A stretch of 41,532 nt of DNA from a virus, in the IMG/VR virus record IMGVR_UViG_3300045988_172893, positions 1 to 41,532 of that record; one strand, given 5' to 3'. Positions 8,703 through 18,224 of the stretch are shown here, in pieces (position 1 is the first letter of the stretch; the number at the start of each line of letters is the position of its first letter). A program made the translations under genes and the position numbers. Below the pieces are notes generated by a model, which saw only the letters and a program-made list of their open reading frames with translations, had not been told where the DNA came from and made no database searches.

Positions 8703-8760
8703 GTAGCAGGAGTTTTTTTTCATATTTTTCTCCTCGCTACTTCCGCAACAAAACCTTTCT
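8703..8760 (-). terminator. Hairpin (GTAGCGAGGAG...CTCCTGCTAC on the - strand) followed by a T-rich tract; candidate terminator for (-)-strand late transcripts
   Basis: Imperfect 10-11 bp inverted repeat. On the - strand it is followed by TTATTGTTTT. Confidence 0.35.
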
Positions 8761-8792
8761 TACCGATATTAGGGATATAATGTGGCATATAA

Positions 8793-8832
8793 AGAGAGAC
8801 GCTCTTTTTTAGGGCGTCTCTCTCCTTTTTTT
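8793..8832 (+). terminator. Rho-independent terminator (AGAGAGACGC-loop-GCGTCTCTCT + T9)
   Basis: Perfect 10-bp stem followed by CCTTTTTTT, lying between the convergent arms. Confidence 0.6.
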
Positions 8833-8847
8833 ACAAAACTATTAAGA

Positions 8848-9171
8848 TTACTTCTTGTCGATTACTTTTTCGTAAATTGCATCGATTCGGGTTCTTATGT
8901 ATGCCATTTCATCTCGCAATGCCTTATGGTTGGTTTCCCATTCTTTTCTGAGGACAAACTTGTCCGTGAGTTCGTCCATAGTGTAGATTTTGGTGTTTTT
9001 TATGTGTTGGGCGATGTCGGATTTTAAAACCGCTATGTCCCGAGCATTGTAGGATATTTCGTTCTTGGTAGTTTCCCTGTCCACATAATACGCGCCAATT
9101 ATGGTAGCAATCGTAATACCCGTGCGAATCAATCCCTGTAAATCGAATTTAAATTTCGGTTCTCTATCCAT
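8848..9171 (-). CDS. Type-II membrane protein with periplasmic coiled coil; i-spanin (Rz)-like candidate
   Basis: N-terminal TM helix GITIATIIGAYYV followed by helical, charged sequence. Last gene after the holin-like ORF. Confidence 0.3.
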   Translation of the reverse strand: MDREPKFKFDLQGLIRTGITIATIIGAYYVDRETTKNEISYNARDIAVLKSDIAQHIKNTKIYTMDELTDKFVLRKEWETNHKALRDEMAYIRTRIDAIYEKVIDKK

Positions 9172-9173
9172 CT

Positions 9174-9644
9174 CTACTTCCCTATTTTAAACGCTTTTCG
9201 CGTGATAGCAGCACCGATGTACGCGGAAATCAAATTTGCCATAAGTTCTTTCCAAACATCAGCCAGATAAAAGCCGTTGACATACGCCACCGCAAATTTT
9301 TCCTTTTCTGGAATCAGCCCCCAGAGCCAGCCCCCAGACTGCTCGACCGTCTCGACCGCTACGGGAATGTCTGCAAAAAACGCAAATACAAACGGGCAAA
9401 TTGCCAAGACAAAGAACGCCATAAAGAGCATAACGCGCCTTACCCACGTTCCGCCGTCGTCCTTGGTTCGGGCAAACGCCGCATCGTGCGCGGACACGTC
9501 CGCCGACTGCTGCTTTTGCAACGTCTCCAAAACCGCCGTAAACTTTTGCGTATTGAGCGCGGAGAGCTGCCCAAACATTGTAATTATAGCGGTAAAAATA
9601 GCGCCCAGAAAGCCGCTATCCCATAGACTCGTTATCGTATCCAT
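9174..9644 (-). CDS. Putative holin (3 predicted TM helices)
   Basis: TM segments FLGAIFTAIITMFGQL, VMLFMAFFVLAICPFVFAFF and LMANLISAYIGAAI. The ATG at 9644 overlaps the upstream stop (TAATG); the track start at 9686 is less likely. Confidence 0.35.
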   Translation of the reverse strand: MDTITSLWDSGFLGAIFTAIITMFGQLSALNTQKFTAVLETLQKQQSADVSAHDAAFARTKDDGGTWVRRVMLFMAFFVLAICPFVFAFFADIPVAVETVEQSGGWLWGLIPEKEKFAVAYVNGFYLADVWKELMANLISAYIGAAITRKAFKIGK

Positions 9645-10069
9645 TATTTGCCTTTCGTCTGACTTTCCGCGAATGCAATGCACCAATCACTGCGCCCGTA
9701 TTTGCGGACGGCTTCGTACGCTCTGAGCGCAATCCACTGCTTCAGCCATTTAAAGCGCACCTTGCGCCCCTCGATTTCGTCGAGCATATTTTTTCTAAAA
9801 AGCTTGTCCGCCCTTTCTCGTCCGTCTTCCGTACCGTCGGAGTGCGCATAACACCAATCGTGTATCGCCGCGGAACACTCAGCAAACGCCATAACTCGGC
9901 ATAACGCTTTTTTTGCACCGCTCGCGATATGCTCTTCGTGCTCACACCCCACGCCATTGCAGACGGCAATAAGCTCTTCCGCATTAGCCGAGAGCATTTC
10001 GGAGGGAGCTTCGAGACCGAAATTCTTTACGCGAACAAGCAGCCTTTCGATGTCGCCGGCCGAATACAT
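9644..10069 (-). CDS. Hypothetical protein (141 aa) with an HDxxY motif (DUF1353-like?), in the lysis-region cassette
   Basis: ...SAAIHDWCYAH... motif. Lies in a GC-rich block together with the holin-like gene. Confidence 0.25.
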   Translation of the reverse strand: MYSAGDIERLLVRVKNFGLEAPSEMLSANAEELIAVCNGVGCEHEEHIASGAKKALCRVMAFAECSAAIHDWCYAHSDGTEDGRERADKLFRKNMLDEIEGRKVRFKWLKQWIALRAYEAVRKYGRSDWCIAFAESQTKGK

Positions 10070-10359
10070 TATTCAGCCCCGCCTTCCTGTGTCCCGCCGC
10101 TTTCCGACTGCCCTTCGCCGCCTTCCGTCGGCTCGTCAACTACTGGCGCAGGTATAAGTAGCGCGGCAATCTGAGCGAGCATTGCATCGGGTATCTGTGC
10201 GATATAGCTGTCTCCGTAAACATAGCTTTTCGCCGCACCGTCCGACCAATTTTCTCCGCTCGGGAATTTTATCGTTGTTTCCCCTTTGAGGATAATTTGC
10301 GTGAGCGCAAAGGACACCTCCACGCCGTCTTTTGATTTAAGTAATATATTCTTCGCCAT
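10069..10359 (-). CDS. Small protein downstream of the tail fiber (possible fiber assembly or accessory protein)
   Basis: Position only; acidic Gly-rich C-terminus. Confidence 0.3.
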   Translation of the reverse strand: MAKNILLKSKDGVEVSFALTQIILKGETTIKFPSGENWSDGAAKSYVYGDSYIAQIPDAMLAQIAALLIPAPVVDEPTEGGEGQSESGGTQEGGAE

Positions 10360-10373
10360 AAAGTTTACTCCTA

Positions 10374-12407
10374 TTAAGCTGTTGCAGTTGATTGCGCAAT
10401 TTGCGTCTTTAGTTCGTCCACAAAGACTTCAACTCGCCTATCCATATCACCAGCAATGTTACCCGTAACAGTCGCGTCATTCCCGCCTGATGAAAGGTCT
10501 TTTACTAACCGTGTCGTAGTGTTTCGAGCTATTGTGTAGTTTTCGAGATTTAAAACAGCCCTATTACCCTCTGTTGCATCAAGCAGAGACGGCGGAATAG
10601 ATTTGCCAGATTGATAATCAGCAAGCGTGTAATCGGCGTTTGATTCGGAAACGTCGAAGTTAAAAAACGCAACGCGCGAGAGCCTGCCTTTTGCGGGGAC
10701 GACATTTGCCGCCGTCGATTGCGCCCTGCCGAAATAAAAACCGTTTTGGGGCGTGAAATCCTCAAATAGCGCAAGCGAGGTTTCCGAGATTATCAAAACG
10801 CCGTCGCGATAGAGTTTCAAAAATCCGTTGGTCTCGTTTTTGCCGCAAACCAACGCCCACGCGTGCGGCTTGCCGTCGGCGAATTGCGCAATTTGCACGG
10901 TTTTCAATGTTCTGGTATCGCCCGTACCGCCCCAGTTAAAACCGACTCTTGCGGAAGTGCTTAACTTTGCGAACGAAATACCCGTTTGCCCCACGTATTG
11001 GTCAAAACAATTCCCGATAATCGCCCAATAGTTTGAATCGATTTCGACTTCGGAGACCTCGTAGGTAAACATCAAAGATTGAGCCGCGCCGAACGTCGGT
11101 TTGCAATTCGTAGTAGCGTATCCGCCGTTTAAATACAACTGCCCGCCGTTTTGCTTTAGGATTTGAGTAAGTCCAAGCTCATTCGGATTCTCAATAAGTG
11201 AGTTGTTAACCTCATTAATAGCACCGACAATTGTTTTGTCGTTTGTGGTTAACGTGTTGTCGGTCTTATCTTGTTTAGCATCAACCTTGGAATCGACTTG
11301 AGTCTTTGTATAAGCATCAGTAATGCCATATCCACTAAGAGTCGTTGCCTTTGTAGCTTTGGTATCTATTTCAGTCTCTAATGTGTCTATATCGAGTTTT
11401 TCTTTCCAAGACGTAATGTTACCTGCGCTAATGTTGGAAGCGTCTTTTTCGGCTTTGTTTCCTACTGAAGTGGACAGATTGTTTATTTGGGTCTGAATTG
11501 GAGAAGTTACCCCAGACAAATAACCGAGTTGCGTAGACGTAACCGAAGAAGAGGAAATCTTATTGTTGGAGTCCGTAACAACAACCCTACTGGAGGTAGT
11601 GCCATCTATTTTAACAGGTTTATTGAACCTAAAATTATTTTTAGTTGTTTTTAGATAGCTTTCCGCCGTAGCATACCCACCTATAGCCAGACCGTTTTGC
11701 CTGTCTGTATCGGAAGTACCCATCCCAATTATAAACGGGTCATTGTCGGGATTTGGAGCATTGAATCTTCCCGCAATGAATGCGTTATAGGTTTCATTCA
11801 GAAGTCCGTCTCCAGCCGTAAAACTCTTGTCGCTTTTTACTGCATTGCCTCTACCCCATACGAATGCCTCAGAACCCAAAACGACATTTGTACCATTCGA
11901 TATAGTGCCGCTCAACATAATTGAGTTTCCAACAGTAGGCTTGGCAGTACAGTAAATAGAATAATCATTATTGAGAACTTGTCCTCTCTTGAGGCTTACC
12001 CACCCGTTTGCGGCCTCGTTTATTTTTCCATAGGCTTCGGAACTATCTCCTCCTTTGATTGTGATTTTATTACCGCTTATGGCTGTAATTTCAAATGCGT
12101 CCACCATATGGTTGTCATCGACAAATGAAACAGTATCGCCAACAGCGAATCCAGAAACGAAATCAGGATTTTCCACTCCTCCTGTTGCGGATTCCAAGAC
12201 AAAACTTTCGGACAGATAAAGCACCAGCACACTATTCTTGCTCGCCCAAGTGCTTGATGACCCAATCCCGCTTTTGTCTATGAAGTTATAATGCCATCCC
12301 TTTTGACAAATCACAGGAGAGGTCGTGAATATGTTCTGGGGGTTCTGCAAAACAGAATCCTTGTCTACCATTATTGTTTGATTTCCATCTGGAGGATTAA
12401 ATGCCAT
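10374..12407 (-). CDS. Long tail fiber protein with a C-terminal concanavalin/LamG-like lectin domain
   Basis: SGYGITDAYTKTQVDSKVDAK fiber repeat motif. Ser/Thr/Asn-rich shaft. C-terminal FYFGRAQ...GRLSRVAFFNFDVS is LamG-like. Confidence 0.65.
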   Translation of the reverse strand: MAFNPPDGNQTIMVDKDSVLQNPQNIFTTSPVICQKGWHYNFIDKSGIGSSSTWASKNSVLVLYLSESFVLESATGGVENPDFVSGFAVGDTVSFVDDNHMVDAFEITAISGNKITIKGGDSSEAYGKINEAANGWVSLKRGQVLNNDYSIYCTAKPTVGNSIMLSGTISNGTNVVLGSEAFVWGRGNAVKSDKSFTAGDGLLNETYNAFIAGRFNAPNPDNDPFIIGMGTSDTDRQNGLAIGGYATAESYLKTTKNNFRFNKPVKIDGTTSSRVVVTDSNNKISSSSVTSTQLGYLSGVTSPIQTQINNLSTSVGNKAEKDASNISAGNITSWKEKLDIDTLETEIDTKATKATTLSGYGITDAYTKTQVDSKVDAKQDKTDNTLTTNDKTIVGAINEVNNSLIENPNELGLTQILKQNGGQLYLNGGYATTNCKPTFGAAQSLMFTYEVSEVEIDSNYWAIIGNCFDQYVGQTGISFAKLSTSARVGFNWGGTGDTRTLKTVQIAQFADGKPHAWALVCGKNETNGFLKLYRDGVLIISETSLALFEDFTPQNGFYFGRAQSTAANVVPAKGRLSRVAFFNFDVSESNADYTLADYQSGKSIPPSLLDATEGNRAVLNLENYTIARNTTTRLVKDLSSGGNDATVTGNIAGDMDRRVEVFVDELKTQIAQSTATA

Positions 12408-12763
12408 TATATATTGTCTCCGTTTTTCGCAATTTCAAAAGTGGGATTATCAAGGTCTCCGCCTACACTTACAACGTGCCAAAGCCCCGTTGTAGTATTA
12501 AGAATCCTAATTATTTGAGAGTAGTCAACATTATAATTTGTTGTATATTTTGCTGATTCAGGGGGTATAGGAAATTGGAGCTTGGCAAAATCCCAATCTG
12601 TAATCTCTTCAGATTCCGTGTCCGCTTCTTTCGCTATGCCAAGCGTAGGATTCCCATCTCTATCTTGCTCAATCCAAATCTTGTGAAACAGACCGTCGTC
12701 CACGCAATAAAGTTCGAGAACGTAGTCTGTCGTTATCCTAAAATTCTGATTCTTGTCCGCCAT
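12407..12763 (-). CDS. Tail-associated hypothetical protein (118 aa)
   Basis: Translationally coupled (ATGA) to the tail fiber gene. Confidence 0.35.
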   Translation of the reverse strand: MADKNQNFRITTDYVLELYCVDDGLFHKIWIEQDRDGNPTLGIAKEADTESEEITDWDFAKLQFPIPPESAKYTTNYNVDYSQIIRILNTTTGLWHVVSVGGDLDNPTFEIAKNGDNI

Positions 12764-12854
12764 AGACCTTTTGTTTATATATGATTATTATCCAATTCCT
12801 TGTTGAATGATAGCCTCTTGTAGTTTAATGGTGTCCATTTGCAGGATAATAGAT

Positions 12855-13646
12855 TTAAATATTTGCGTAGCTTTGCCAATTATCGTAGCTGTAATAAAAG
12901 CGAAGCGTTCCTAATCGTTCATATTTATTTATCACCGATTTCGGAGGAACGGGAAGGAAAAAGCTTCCTGTTCCTGTCCCTTCGTCATAGTTACCTCCTC
13001 CGATTCTGAATTCAGAACCATTTATTACAATCAATGAATGAAACCATTCGTCATTAAATGTAGAAGCCCACACCCACCCCCAGTGAGCTGGGAGTTGATA
13101 ATTAAAGTTATTGTTAGAATGGTTTGAAACATTATTAAAAATAGAAAGCCCATTGCTGTAGTTTGGGAAAACACCAAAGGGATTTATAAATGTACTAACC
13201 TTAACCCACTTGTCGGACTGTGAGGGGGTGTCGTTATTGTTGTTCGCCACCGATTGATAAAACTCTTTTTTTGTAGCAGTATTACCTGCGGGATAAAGGA
13301 CAATCGCGCCCGCGCTATATCCACTCCAAGAAGAATCCACGCTTCTCCATACATTAGGGGAAATCCATTCATTCGCCATCGCCCCGTTCATCGCATTATA
13401 GCATTCAGCTGATATACTATTCAGAACTCCGTTCATATCCTTGCCATTCGGAGGAATGCCACCCGCGCTGGGATTAGTTGTATCTACGGGCAACATCGTC
13501 TTACTTGGGAATCCATAATTCCAAGTAGCCTTGTTGTCCGTAGGCTGACTTGTACCGCCTATGTCAATGGTATTAGTATAAGCTGTGTTCTTCGCGCCAA
13601 AAACCGCCAAGACCCTATCTTTTAGTGCTCTTCCAAATCCTGCCAT
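12855..13646 (-). CDS. Putative short tail fiber / receptor-binding protein
   Basis: Asn/Ser/Gly/Trp-rich 263-aa protein in the fiber module. Confidence 0.4.
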   Translation of the reverse strand: MAGFGRALKDRVLAVFGAKNTAYTNTIDIGGTSQPTDNKATWNYGFPSKTMLPVDTTNPSAGGIPPNGKDMNGVLNSISAECYNAMNGAMANEWISPNVWRSVDSSWSGYSAGAIVLYPAGNTATKKEFYQSVANNNNDTPSQSDKWVKVSTFINPFGVFPNYSNGLSIFNNVSNHSNNNFNYQLPAHWGWVWASTFNDEWFHSLIVINGSEFRIGGGNYDEGTGTGSFFLPVPPKSVINKYERLGTLRFYYSYDNWQSYANI

Positions 13647-13649
13647 ATC

Positions 13650-14414
13650 TCAAATCAATAAGTTATAAAAGTTTCCGTATCCTTGTTCAACCTTCTTGGG
13701 GTCTGATTCAGCTCGGTTTATCCAAGTAGCCAAATCGTTCTGTTCAAAACCAAAAGTATTTTTACTCAAAAGGTCTATACCTGTATTCAAAAATACACCA
13801 GCAACCTTAGGGGAAAAGTCAGGGCTTGTTATAATAGTCAAATCCGCATCCGTAGGAGTATCGGAAAACACGATATTCATAGTCATATCGTAGTTGTCCT
13901 GAATGTAGACCGACTTACCAGTGAATATGTTCGATAAATATTTGTTTATGTCGTAGACGCTTCCATTACTATACAATAGTTGGAGCTTTGCTAAAAGACA
14001 TTTCCTAAAGGCTTCATCATCAAGAGGAAAGTTTGGTATTTGGGTATTCTGACTTTCCGACCTAACTTCTACATTAAGAGCAGGCAATGCCCCTGATAAC
14101 CAAATAGAGTGCCACGTTTCATCGTTAGGATTATACAACCGCAATGTTGTGCTATTGTCTATGGCATAATTTTGAGGAGATATATATGGTCGAGATACGC
14201 CCAAAATCTTAGCCCACACCGAAAGACCGAACGAGTTTGCGGTCTTGAGGTTAAACACATCCTTCTCCCAGTCAGTGTAGAAATCTCCTACTGCTTTTTG
14301 GTAAAAGTCGATTTCTGCCTCAAGGATACGATTGAGATTAGCCGCGCGCGAATATTGCCAAATAAACACGTTATTCGGCTCTCTTAAGTCGTAGCTTATC
14401 TCTCCTATTTTCAT
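13650..14414 (-). CDS. Baseplate / tail-fiber attachment protein (gpI or DUF2612-like)
   Basis: Position after the baseplate J-like gene; N-terminal ...RAANLNRILEAEIDF... Confidence 0.35.
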   Translation of the reverse strand: MKIGEISYDLREPNNVFIWQYSRAANLNRILEAEIDFYQKAVGDFYTDWEKDVFNLKTANSFGLSVWAKILGVSRPYISPQNYAIDNSTTLRLYNPNDETWHSIWLSGALPALNVEVRSESQNTQIPNFPLDDEAFRKCLLAKLQLLYSNGSVYDINKYLSNIFTGKSVYIQDNYDMTMNIVFSDTPTDADLTIITSPDFSPKVAGVFLNTGIDLLSKNTFGFEQNDLATWINRAESDPKKVEQGYGNFYNLLI

Positions 14415-14422
14415 AAATGAAC

Positions 14423-16009
14423 CTAAGCGTTAATAATCATATTGCTATCAATGAGTACAGCCTTTTTAGTTATCTCAATCGGTATTTCATTATAACCCAG
14501 ATTATTGAAAGATGTACCTATTTTGCAATCTTTGACATATATTCCGAGAGTCCTCTGAACCACACAGGAGATATTAAACGGAGAAACAGACTTCCCAATC
14601 GTAAGTCCTTCTTCATTATTCAAATTTCCTGCGCCCCATTCTACGAGCGTATTTTTTATATCTTCCTGAATATCCGAGCCCGTATAATTTCCCAAGGAAA
14701 CCTGCATTGAAATAAAAATCGGAATTGAAGCAGGCGTATTGTAAACCGCCGTAAAAGTTCCACCTCCTATTTCAGGAGAAATTGTTATCCTATGAACCGT
14801 GGCGTGATTAGAAAGGCTTTCGTTTGCTGAGGTCATTCCACAGCCTGCGCTCTTCTTTTTCATTATTGCCGTAGCAACCTGTTCATCAAAATTCCCACTC
14901 GCATTCCCTCCATCGACAATAATGAATACACTGTGTGGGTCTACTGTTTCTCCCACAGGAATTGTAGAATCAGAATTGTGTGTCTTGGGGAGGCTTGTGT
15001 CGTTCTCATACACCCAAGCGGATTTAACGCCTTCAATATCATATAATGCCGACAAAATCGAAGAAACGTACCCCATTGAGTATTTAGCCTTAGATAGGTT
15101 ATATCTCCGATAAAGAGATTCATCTCCTTCGCGTTCTGAGCCTATTGTTCCCGCAGAAGGATTGTTCACTGTTTCCCATCCATCTACGGAGGAAACGATA
15201 GTAGTCAAAGTATCTTGAGGGCAAGGTATTTCTCCACCTTTTGTGCATACAAAAACTCCGTTTCCAGTGCCATTAGAATCCAGCAAAACAGATTCACTTA
15301 ATGAATACAGATTATTGGAAGAATCCGAGGCTATACTCCCTGCCTCGATAAACGTATCCCCTTTTGTGGAAGAAATAGATTTAGGAGTATTATCAGACGT
15401 TCCCGCCGCGTAGTTTATGTAGATTCTATAAAAATTGTCATCCGCCAAAGAAGCGAGCTTTGTAGATACAATTTTAACTCCAGTTCCGTCCGAAATTGCG
15501 GACGCCTCCATTATTTGATTTAATGAAGAGTTCCCGTTTATAGCTTCCACAACATTATTGCTCGTTTCCGTCAGATTTTCCCCTATTGCAATATCTGTTC
15601 CGAATATAAAACTAACGCTATTGTTTATCGTGATAGCATCTCCAGAAGCAACGCCAGCATCAGACCAAACGATTTCTGCGGTAGAATAAGTGAGAGGCTT
15701 TCCTGTAAGAACCGCGTTTACAGTAGTGTAGGATTCCCCGCGTCTTTTTATATAAAACAACCCCGCAATTGCGTCCAATCTTTCTCCAGTGGCATATTGA
15801 GGATTTATTTGGTTCGCGAGTAGTGCTACCAGTCCAAGTTCCTCTTTGCGTATCTGGGCGAGCAATTCAATTATGCGTCCCTGAGGCGTAGACGAATCCA
15901 AATTCATAGACGGAAAAATATTCAACCATTTTTGCTGAATATCCGCAAGAATTTCGCTCGTCTTAGGGACTACTACGCCCTCCGCGACAACATAATCATA
16001 CAGTTCCAT
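14423..16009 (-). CDS. Baseplate J-like (gp6/gpJ family) wedge protein
   Basis: 528 aa, immediately downstream of the gp25-like gene and overlapping it, the conserved P2/T4-like gene order. Confidence 0.5.
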   Translation of the reverse strand: MELYDYVVAEGVVVPKTSEILADIQQKWLNIFPSMNLDSSTPQGRIIELLAQIRKEELGLVALLANQINPQYATGERLDAIAGLFYIKRRGESYTTVNAVLTGKPLTYSTAEIVWSDAGVASGDAITINNSVSFIFGTDIAIGENLTETSNNVVEAINGNSSLNQIMEASAISDGTGVKIVSTKLASLADDNFYRIYINYAAGTSDNTPKSISSTKGDTFIEAGSIASDSSNNLYSLSESVLLDSNGTGNGVFVCTKGGEIPCPQDTLTTIVSSVDGWETVNNPSAGTIGSEREGDESLYRRYNLSKAKYSMGYVSSILSALYDIEGVKSAWVYENDTSLPKTHNSDSTIPVGETVDPHSVFIIVDGGNASGNFDEQVATAIMKKKSAGCGMTSANESLSNHATVHRITISPEIGGGTFTAVYNTPASIPIFISMQVSLGNYTGSDIQEDIKNTLVEWGAGNLNNEEGLTIGKSVSPFNISCVVQRTLGIYVKDCKIGTSFNNLGYNEIPIEITKKAVLIDSNMIINA

Positions 16010-16391
16010 TTAAGCTCGTTTCTCCGTAAATTGTTCTTATCTGACAAGTATATGAAAGTTTTTTATTCCCTTCGTCAAGAGAATAAAGCAAGCTTTCTAC
16101 TGAAATAACACCAGAAGTTCTTTCTATCTCTTCGATTACATAAGAACGCCACAATCCAAGCAATCCTGTGTTAGCAAATATTGTCTCAAAATAAGGAACT
16201 CCCTTGTTCATATCGTATTGAACTTCATACTTTTTCGTTCTTATTCGGTTCGTCAGAATATCCAAAATAGCTTGCTCGTCAGATTTAATGGCAAGATTTC
16301 CATTGTCGTCCAAATAAATATCACCGTAAGAAGTTTCGTACTCCGTGAAATTGTTCGGAATTTGGTCGTTTATGATTCCTAAGGTATCCAT
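15996..16391 (-). CDS. Baseplate wedge protein gp25/GPW-like
   Basis: 131 aa. AILDILTNRIRTKKYEVQYDMNKGVPYFETIF resembles the gp25 core (IL-T..GER....G....f). Confidence 0.5.
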   Translation of the reverse strand: MDTLGIINDQIPNNFTEYETSYGDIYLDDNGNLAIKSDEQAILDILTNRIRTKKYEVQYDMNKGVPYFETIFANTGLLGLWRSYVIEEIERTSGVISVESLLYSLDEGNKKLSYTCQIRTIYGETSLNGTV

Positions 16392-16400
16392 TTCTCAAAA

Positions 16401-17165
16401 TTATGAAGGTTTTCCTGTTGTAGAACTTCCGCCTTGTACTCCGCCGTGAACGTGATTCTTTAGGCTAATCGCGCCCGCCGTGGTATCGCCATCGCTATGA
16501 ATTCCTCCCTTTACGTTGAGATTTCCACTCATCTCCACCAACGGAGTTTCGCAAGTAATCTTTACAGGAGTTATTATGCGTATTTCTTTGTTTTTAGGGT
16601 TTAGGGTTATACGCATATCGCCTTCGGTGTTGCGAATCGCTATGCACCCCTTATCTTCCTCCAAAATCTTCCAATCGAGTTCTGGTTTCCACGCGCACGG
16701 AGTAAAACAGCCATACTGAAATAGAAATCTACCAAAATCATCAGAAGAATCTTGAATCTTGGAAGGGTCGGAGAAAAAAGAATCGCAATTACAGTCTGCG
16801 GACTCAATCCACCCAGTATCTCCTATTGTTATGGGAAAGATAATCCCAATTCCGCCTCCATCTGCATTCGCAAGCGGCTGGTTGACTCGAACGCGATATT
16901 CGGGGTAATCTATGTCCATAAATTTCCCGTCGTCGTCCTTGTGGGTTGTTTTCTTTTTTGTGGCAATCCTTACCGTAGCGATATTTGTGTCCGAATCATA
17001 CGCGACAACAAACGCAGGAAGTTTGACTTGAATAGACGATAGTACATACTCTCGCATAATTTGCTTCTGAGAAGCCTTAGTGGGATACAGCAAGCTTGCG
17101 TCATTTTGAAATGAAGCTCCCATTATGGCATTACTGCCGTTATTCACTGAAACTATCTTTGCCAC
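16401..17165 (-). CDS. Baseplate central spike (gpV / gp5 N-terminal OB-fold-like) with a Gly/His-rich tip
   Basis: IGIIFPITIGDTGWIE resembles the Phage_base_V motif. C-terminal ...HVHGGVQGGSSTTG tip. GTG start overlapping the upstream TAG. Confidence 0.5.
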   Translation of the reverse strand: MAKIVSVNNGSNAIMGASFQNDASLLYPTKASQKQIMREYVLSSIQVKLPAFVVAYDSDTNIATVRIATKKKTTHKDDDGKFMDIDYPEYRVRVNQPLANADGGGIGIIFPITIGDTGWIESADCNCDSFFSDPSKIQDSSDDFGRFLFQYGCFTPCAWKPELDWKILEEDKGCIAIRNTEGDMRITLNPKNKEIRIITPVKITCETPLVEMSGNLNVKGGIHSDGDTTAGAISLKNHVHGGVQGGSSTTGKPS

Positions 17166-18223
17166 TATTTGCTATTCCTACTCCTTATACATTCTAAGTC
17201 CATATAAAAGTTCTGCCCACGAAGTTGCAAGTCATATTTTATATTTATTATCTCGTACACAAAATTGAACTTAGGATAAAGCCTGCTGATGAGTTTGAAT
17301 CTATCCCCAGCTTTTAGCTTCTTTGTGTATAGAACCCTTATATTTGCCCCATAATATGATACGGACGGCGAGCCTATCATCAATGTATCGAACGCACTCT
17401 TAACGCCTTCTACGCCATCTATATCCTCTTGTAGCCTTCCACTGATAAAATGGTCAATCGGAAGTTTAGTCTGTGTCAGGATTAGATTCTCATCTTCGGA
17501 GTTCGGGCGCAAGAAAACAGTCTTACCCTCGATTATGAATTGCATTCGGTTGAACCTAAAAAGCTCTTTTTGCAGGAAATCGGCAATCTTTCCAGAGAAA
17601 GAATAATTCACAAAATCCACGCCTTTAGGGTGAACATAGGGTGTTATATCAGCTAAAGGATATAATGCTTCGTAGTTTGTTTCAAAACCCGCGTGCTTTA
17701 AAACCACATCTATTATCTCAGTAGAATCAGTATCCTCAGGATTTCCTCCGTCCGAAGGCGATAGGGATATGTCATAATTTAACTCAGGAAATTCCTCCAT
17801 TGCCTCAATTTGAAGCGCAATATCCGTAATCCCAACTGGTGCTGCCCATAAAATATAACCTTCATAAATTGGATTTCCTAAAAGAAGTCCAACGCCACCT
17901 TTCTCTGGTTCTTCATATCCAGCATATATTCTTATGCGATTAGGAACTCGAGGGAGATAGCTTGTTTGAGTAAATTCATTTATTGTCTGAGGGTGCAGAT
18001 TATATAAGGTTATGTCTGCCTTTCCTAACCCCCCAAACGTACGAGAAAATCGTACAACTGTTTCCGAGTTATTGCCATAAAAGTTTATATCTTTTACGCT
18101 TTCATATCCCGAGGCACTCTGAACGCCGTTAATAAGTTGGACATAGATTCTCCGATTAGGAATTTCATAACGCTTGCCCCTTGATATTTGCGTTGATATA
18201 GGTTCGGCAACAAGGTCTGCCAT
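17165..18223 (-). CDS. Baseplate hub protein (gpD / gp27-like candidate)
   Basis: 352 aa between the tape measure-proximal genes and the spike. Confidence 0.4.
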   Translation of the reverse strand: MADLVAEPISTQISRGKRYEIPNRRIYVQLINGVQSASGYESVKDINFYGNNSETVVRFSRTFGGLGKADITLYNLHPQTINEFTQTSYLPRVPNRIRIYAGYEEPEKGGVGLLLGNPIYEGYILWAAPVGITDIALQIEAMEEFPELNYDISLSPSDGGNPEDTDSTEIIDVVLKHAGFETNYEALYPLADITPYVHPKGVDFVNYSFSGKIADFLQKELFRFNRMQFIIEGKTVFLRPNSEDENLILTQTKLPIDHFISGRLQEDIDGVEGVKSAFDTLMIGSPSVSYYGANIRVLYTKKLKAGDRFKLISRLYPKFNFVYEIINIKYDLQLRGQNFYMDLECIRSRNSK

Positions 18224-18224
18224 A

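Noticed and set aside
8597-8847. tRNA or other structured RNA gene in the 250-nt convergent gap (and in the gaps at 3395-3504, 6490-6560, 7382-7506)
   Set aside because: No GTTCRANYC T-loop or cloverleaf arrangement found by eye on either strand. The hairpins are better explained as terminators or operators.
9277-9726. 149-aa (+)-strand ORF overlapping the holin-like gene
   Set aside because: Antisense shadow in the GC-rich lysis block. The (-)-strand ORF has clear TM helices and translational coupling to its neighbours.
10374-10800. Diversity-generating retroelement targeting the tail-fiber C-terminus
   Set aside because: No reverse transcriptase ORF anywhere in the window, no obvious template/variable repeat pair, and the fiber C-terminus looks LamG-like rather than C-type-lectin-like.
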